Source of the DNA: a virus
Lineage: Duplodnaviria; Caudoviricetes
IMG/VR virus record: IMGVR_UViG_3300025635_000116
Span: 1 to 30,514 of that record
DNA length: 30,514 nucleotides
Strand: one strand, 5' to 3'
Positions 25,874 through 30,514 of this stretch are shown here, one piece after another. Every line of letters begins with the position of its first letter. Within the stretch, counting starts at the first letter, position 1. Below the pieces are notes generated by a model. That model worked only from the letters and a program-made list of their open reading frames with translations, was not told the DNA's origin and did not search any database. A program made the position numbers and the translations under genes.

Positions 25874-26134
25874 TTAGCGTTCGGGAATGTAGTTATCGAA
25901 ATTGCAACGGGCGCGGGTAACAAGTGCGCCGTAGTCAGTCGGATTGATTTTCCGCAAGGCGTAGCGGCATTCCTCCAAAACCTCACGCACCGGCATGACA
26001 AACGACTTACTTGTGGACGTGTTACCGCTGCTCCAAGACATGATGGTCTTGCCCTCCGTAATCATGGTTTTGGCCTGACTGCGGATGGCGAGGACTTCTG
26101 CCTCGGTAAAATCGGCAAAGATACCAGTTGCCAT
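25874..26134 (-). CDS. Head-to-tail joining protein (gpW-like position)
   Basis: Small gene between terminase and portal, as in lambda. Confidence 0.65.
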   Translation of the reverse strand: MATGIFADFTEAEVLAIRSQAKTMITEGKTIMSWSSGNTSTSKSFVMPVREVLEECRYALRKINPTDYGALVTRARCNFDNYIPER

Positions 26135-26213
26135 GCCGCGCAACGTAAATCAGCAAAGCTTATTTGACAAGCCTTGATAATTAGGCGGACTGAAATCGCA
26201 TCAAGCGCGACGT

Positions 26214-26248
26214 TTTGCAATTTACTTCCAATGGCATAGGGCTAGGCT
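26214..26248 (+). promoter_or_regulatory. Putative promoter TTTACT-N16-TAGGCT, leaderless transcript
   Basis: ATG 6 nt after the -10 element; twin of 4275..4309. Confidence 0.55.
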
Positions 26249-26254
26249 GCGCCC

Positions 26255-26599
26255 ATGAAAACGAAACAAGAAAAAAAACAAGTTTGGCTTCACATCGTTC
26301 GCAACAATGCTGACACAAACGTAAGCGGCGACATTGTTTTAACGCATGATGAAAAAATCATTTCAATGAATTGCACGGAAGGTTTTGGCGCACGCCACAT
26401 TCTTGGAAAAAAAGGTTACCGGCTGCTGGTAAAACACAACGGGACAGTGTGGGAATGTCACCGCAACAAGAACACCGATTTCTTCAAGGCTCTTGACAAA
26501 AAAGAAAACCGCGCAGCGCGGAATGAGATTTGGGCTTCAAAAGAATCCGACAGATGGTTTTCCGACGATGTTTGGGTCGCTTTCTCTAAGGTGTTGTGA
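26255..26599 (+). CDS. Opposite-strand orphan protein, 114 aa (moron-like)
   Basis: Fills the gap between terL and the gpW-like gene; own promoter-like element. Confidence 0.7.
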   Translation: MKTKQEKKQVWLHIVRNNADTNVSGDIVLTHDEKIISMNCTEGFGARHILGKKGYRLLVKHNGTVWECHRNKNTDFFKALDKKENRAARNEIWASKESDRWFSDDVWVAFSKVL

Positions 26600-26607
26600 G
26601 CATCTAG

Positions 26608-28434
26608 TTACGTTGGCTTTAACTCGTAATCAATCACTGCTCCCCGACTAAAAGCTGAAGCATCCATTGCGACAAAGGCCTGCAAAAGGCAGTCGCCGTA
26701 ATGGTTATTTCCGCTGTCCTTCCACTTCGTCACGCTGCGCCCGTCCCGCTTGTCGGTCACTTGCTTCTCGTCTTGCAACTCAGCAATGAAGTCGCTCCCT
26801 ACGTCAACGGGCAATTCAAACTTCGGTCCCTTGCCCTTCAATACAAACAGGTAAAGCCGGTCTTTGTAGGAGCCGTTCGCCCATTCAATGCGCGTCACTC
26901 CCTTTGAGCTTGCGTTCTTCGTGCCGATAAACGGGTCAATCGCTTTTACCCTGTATGGCCTTTGAATCATGCTCCCGCTTGCGGTTTTGTGCGCGAAGCT
27001 GTCTTGAGCAGAGCCGCGCATGGCAATCCACGAATAACGGACGCACTCGCGCAAAATCTCTGTTGCCCGGTTGCCGTCGCCGCTGTCAATGAAAACGCCC
27101 CGGTTCGCTATGCCGTTGGCAGTCTGATAGGCTCGCAGGTCGTCAAACGTGGACAGGCTGCCGTAGTCCACAACGCGCATTTCGCCGCCCTCGCGCAATT
27201 GGGCAAAGACAAAGCGCAGATAGTCCTTCTGCACGTCAACGGACAAGATGCGAGTAACGCGCCGCTTGTCGTTTTCGTCCAATGGCCAAGGCTCGCCGCG
27301 CTTGTATTGACCGCAGAGCCGCCGAATTTCAGCTTCGTCCGCAGTGTCGCCCATTAGGAGCCAAGGCTCGCCAAGGGTTTCACGGACAAAGGATTTCAGA
27401 GCGTCAATCTCACCTGATTCGGCCCGCTCTTTGGCGGCTAGGAACTCGCAGGCAACGTCGTCCCATTTAACCCAAAGCGAATAGATGGCATTCCAATAGA
27501 AGCTCTGAACGCCCGGCTCTGGCACTGGATTCCTGTCGTGACGCTCTAGGGTTTGCAGCAACTTGAATTGCTCTGACTGCTGAATGTCACCGCCGCATTG
27601 CTCGCACTGGTAGCGCACGGTCTTTCGCAACTCGCTCCAATTCCATTTGCCAGCCGGGCGCGTCACGTCGTTTGTGTCCCATACCATCCCGCCCTTGTCG
27701 CGTGCCTCTGGAAAGACAACGGATTTCTCTCGGCCAAAGCGGAATGGCTGACGGTGTTGGCAATGCGGACAAGCCCAATTGAAGAACGTCTGCGTGCCTT
27801 GCGCCCAATGAATGTGAACGTCATCCCCGGCGTTCATTGGCGTGCTTATCAAAACCGTTTTGGAGTTTCGATAGCTGCGAACACGCTTCATTACCTTGTC
27901 GAGCGATTCGGGAGGCCAGTCCGCAACCTCATCGCATATCAGCCACTTGACCGGCGTGGACTTGAGTTTGCTTGGCGAGTTCGCGCCGCGAAAGTAAAGC
28001 GGCATGGATGTAAACTGAATCAAGTTCAACGTCTTGCCCTCTCGCCTTGTCGGCAGCCGCTTAACCACGTCGGGAATCTGTTCAAACAAAGGCAAGAGCC
28101 GCGCCTTGGTAAACTCCTCAATTGCCTCCTCGCTTGCGCCAACCCAAAACGTAGGGCCGGGTGATTCGCAAATTGCCCAAGCTGCGAACACCATTAGAGT
28201 CTGGGTCTTGCCAGCCTGTGCCGACACCATAAGAACAACCTTGCGCGTCTGCCTGTCCTGTAAGGCGTCAAACACCGGGCGCACCATGGGCGAAACGTCC
28301 GTCCGGTATGGTCCTTCAATCTGAGACAAGCCCGACAAGTCAACGCGACTTTCAGCCCATCGCCAAAGTTGTTCGTCGCTTGGCGGGGTGAACCATTGCT
28401 CTATTGAGGCGGCTAGTTGCGCGGCGGCGGTCAT
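26608..28434 (-). CDS. terL: Terminase large subunit, lambda GpA family
   Basis: SAQAGKT Walker A, LICDE Walker B, ISTP, CPHC...CEQC zinc site, SVDVQ and NHYGDC nuclease motifs. Confidence 0.95.
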   Translation of the reverse strand: MTAAAQLAASIEQWFTPPSDEQLWRWAESRVDLSGLSQIEGPYRTDVSPMVRPVFDALQDRQTRKVVLMVSAQAGKTQTLMVFAAWAICESPGPTFWVGASEEAIEEFTKARLLPLFEQIPDVVKRLPTRREGKTLNLIQFTSMPLYFRGANSPSKLKSTPVKWLICDEVADWPPESLDKVMKRVRSYRNSKTVLISTPMNAGDDVHIHWAQGTQTFFNWACPHCQHRQPFRFGREKSVVFPEARDKGGMVWDTNDVTRPAGKWNWSELRKTVRYQCEQCGGDIQQSEQFKLLQTLERHDRNPVPEPGVQSFYWNAIYSLWVKWDDVACEFLAAKERAESGEIDALKSFVRETLGEPWLLMGDTADEAEIRRLCGQYKRGEPWPLDENDKRRVTRILSVDVQKDYLRFVFAQLREGGEMRVVDYGSLSTFDDLRAYQTANGIANRGVFIDSGDGNRATEILRECVRYSWIAMRGSAQDSFAHKTASGSMIQRPYRVKAIDPFIGTKNASSKGVTRIEWANGSYKDRLYLFVLKGKGPKFELPVDVGSDFIAELQDEKQVTDKRDGRSVTKWKDSGNNHYGDCLLQAFVAMDASAFSRGAVIDYELKPT

Positions 28435-29045
28435 TCCTTTTCACTCGGAACGTATGGCATTTTCGACAACTCTCGGAGCGCGGAGCGCAAGCCTTCATTA
28501 ATTCTTTGCGCCACAAATTCCCCCGGCTGTTGATGGCAAATCGAAGCCAACCCGTCACCAAAATTCGCAAGCCGATTTGTAAAAGCCGTGCAGATGTTTC
28601 CGCAGGTTTGCTGAACAAGCGAAAGTTCTAGCAGCTTGCCTTCGCGTTCCAAAACTTCAAGGTTTGCGAGCTTGGCCTTCGCTTGCTCTTTTGACAATTT
28701 CGCAGCATCAAGCGTTCCGTTTTTTGCCTTTCTTGATGATGATTCTCGATAGTATTTAAGAAGTCCGGCGAATGTTGGACGCAATTGATAAAGACCGTTT
28801 TCCGGTGCTGGGAAATATCCCGCTTTGGCAATTTGCCTGTGCCGCTTATCGGTCAATCCAGTAAGTTTGCAAAGCTCATCCCCGCCAATTTGTTGCTGCT
28901 CCGCCGCTGACGATTCAGCCTTTGCCCGCAAGAGGACTTCGCGCTCTGCATTGGAAATAACCTCGCCAGCGGCTACACGCCGCTGAATGTTCACAAGATC
29001 CCGCTTGAGAACCTTGTCTATGAGATTGATGTCCGGCTCGCTCAT
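28431..29045 (-). CDS. terS: Terminase small subunit (Nu1-like)
   Basis: HTH-like segment (LCKLTGLTDKRHRQ), coiled coil ending in EGKLL; ATGA-coupled to terL. Confidence 0.8.
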   Translation of the reverse strand: MSEPDINLIDKVLKRDLVNIQRRVAAGEVISNAEREVLLRAKAESSAAEQQQIGGDELCKLTGLTDKRHRQIAKAGYFPAPENGLYQLRPTFAGLLKYYRESSSRKAKNGTLDAAKLSKEQAKAKLANLEVLEREGKLLELSLVQQTCGNICTAFTNRLANFGDGLASICHQQPGEFVAQRINEGLRSALRELSKMPYVPSEKE

Positions 29046-29899
29046 TTCTTGTGGCACTCGTCCAGTATCTTTGGAACGGCGTTATTCCAAGCGATTTTGT
29101 GATGGATTCTCCCCATTTGAGGCTGAAATGTTGCTTTTGCAAAAGAGGGACAAATCATTACAGTGTAAAATGATTTTACGTAGGTGCCGCTTGCAAGATA
29201 AGCATCCGACATCCCGCCGGATGTTGCTTGTGTTTGCGCTTGGTCAAGCTGGATTTCAGGTATAGTTAAAAATACCTTTCCCACTTTACCACCATCAAGG
29301 TAGGTGTTGACGTCCTCATTAAGTCTGCTGAAAAACCAAAACCGTCTTGATGTTTTACAGAAAAACGAATTCATTGCCTTTCGTTTTCTGAATGGATAAA
29401 ACCCCTTCATTGCCTGTGAGTTTTCACCCCCGACCATGTCGCCGCCTTGCATAAAGCAAACCGACGCTATTTTTTCAGAAGAGTTCAAAAGCCAAAGAAC
29501 GGAATCACAAACGCGACTAAACATTCTTTGGATTGGCTTTCTTTTCAATCCATCATTAGCGAACTCAACAAACCTAAAACTTGTGTAGTCATCATCCAAC
29601 ACAAGGAAATACTCAAAGCCATGCTCGCCTGCTAAGTCAAAGCAAGCATTCCTAGCGTGGGTTGTTGTTCTTCGGTTTTGGAAGTTGTCGCATGAATCAA
29701 CCAGAGAGGCATAATGTATTTTGTCAAATACAAGCACCTTATCTGCTCCAAAGTTTGACCTGTATTGCGCAACCGTCTTGTCTTCGTTGTCGCAAACAAT
29801 GAAAAGCGGGCCGGTGTAACCGCACCTTTCAAGGGTTTTAAGTGTCACAACCTTATCGGGCCTGCCGTGACTGATAATGAAAACGCAAAAACTATTCAT
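29042..29899 (-). CDS. GREB1-like / TET-associated (TAGT-like) GT-A glycosyltransferase
   Basis: IISHGRP, ARN, LVLDDD, NED motifs and C-terminal HHKIAW; sits between ParB and terminase. Confidence 0.75.
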   Translation of the reverse strand: MNSFCVFIISHGRPDKVVTLKTLERCGYTGPLFIVCDNEDKTVAQYRSNFGADKVLVFDKIHYASLVDSCDNFQNRRTTTHARNACFDLAGEHGFEYFLVLDDDYTSFRFVEFANDGLKRKPIQRMFSRVCDSVLWLLNSSEKIASVCFMQGGDMVGGENSQAMKGFYPFRKRKAMNSFFCKTSRRFWFFSRLNEDVNTYLDGGKVGKVFLTIPEIQLDQAQTQATSGGMSDAYLASGTYVKSFYTVMICPSFAKATFQPQMGRIHHKIAWNNAVPKILDECHKK

Positions 29900-30514
29900 G
29901 TTCCTGTCCTTGCTCTTGTTCAATCACCTCTGAAATCTCTTCCTTCATTTTCGCATAGCCGAGCTGCATGGCTTTGTTGAAGTCAATTATCACAAGTGCT
30001 GAGTTTTCCATGAGTTCTTGGGTTTTCTTATCTGCATGGCAATAAAACTCAGCAATCTTGCCATAGTCAAAAACGATATGCCTAGTTGCGGCTAACTCAA
30101 GAAACTTGCAAATATCCTTAGGCAGATGAGACGACTTGATTTCCGCAAGCAATTCATTTGCGCGTTCTTCATTTGCCAGTTCCGCGAGCGGCGGCTTTTC
30201 CCCTTTTGGTTCATAAATGGGGGCGTCGATTTTGTGAGTATATTTATCTGAAAGCGACTTGTTGCCGAGTTGTTCTTGCAACTCTTTTTCGGCCTCCTCA
30301 TCAAAACCCGTAATTGATAAATCAATCTTGCCATCAAGTTCTTTAAGCAGTGCCGCGATCTCTTGGTCGTTTATTTCCGCCAGTTCTGCAATCCGATTGT
30401 CCGCGATAAGGTCAGCCCACTCATCGGCCTCAGTTGCGTAGTCTTGCCGGTCAACTGGCACCTTTTCAACTTGCAGCAGCTTGGCAGCTTCAAGCCTGCC
30501 GTGACCTTTGACAA
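29892..30514 (-). CDS. ParB/Srx N-terminal domain protein with helical C-terminal domain (5' end outside the window)
   Basis: Frame is open to the window edge: VKGHGRLEAAKLL...ADNRIAELAE...LSITGFD. Confidence 0.8.
   Translation of the reverse strand, partial: VKGHGRLEAAKLLQVEKVPVDRQDYATEADEWADLIADNRIAELAEINDQEIAALLKELDGKIDLSITGFDEEAEKELQEQLGNKSLSDKYTHKIDAPIYEPKGEKPPLAELANEERANELLAEIKSSHLPKDICKFLELAATRHIVFDYGKIAEFYCHADKKTQELMENSALVIIDFNKAMQLGYAKMKEEISEVIEQEQGQEHE

Noticed and set aside
1-30514. CRISPR array, integrase/att site, IS element, DGR, rRNA, alternative genetic code
   Set aside because: No repeat-spacer array, recombinase, transposase or reverse transcriptase motifs seen; genes pack tightly under the standard code

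Overview
This 30.5 kb window is a segment of a tailed dsDNA bacteriophage or prophage, probably a lambda-like siphovirus, with almost every gene on the minus strand. From the right end, it reads: ParB-domain protein and GREB1/TAGT-like glycosyltransferase; small and large (GpA-type) terminase; one opposite-strand orphan; gpW-like adaptor, lambda-type portal, S49 protease, scaffold-like protein and major capsid protein; a strong terminator. Next comes a separately promoted cassette with a structured leader: a GT2-TPR-GT2-methyltransferase fusion, DUF3310 and a GT2. Neck, tail and short tape-measure genes follow, then fibre/adhesin genes (two with signal peptides) and a lysis-like cassette with no canonical endolysin. 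The window ends with small early/middle genes: metallophosphoesterase, Zn fingers, an SSB-like protein and a putative recombination protein. The most unusual signal is two clusters (2637-3102, 3764-4060) of back-to-back tRNA-shaped RNAs with acceptor and T-like arms but no canonical anticodon arm. All protein calls rest on motifs recognised by eye plus synteny; no searches or folding programs were run. The host cannot be determined from the sequence.
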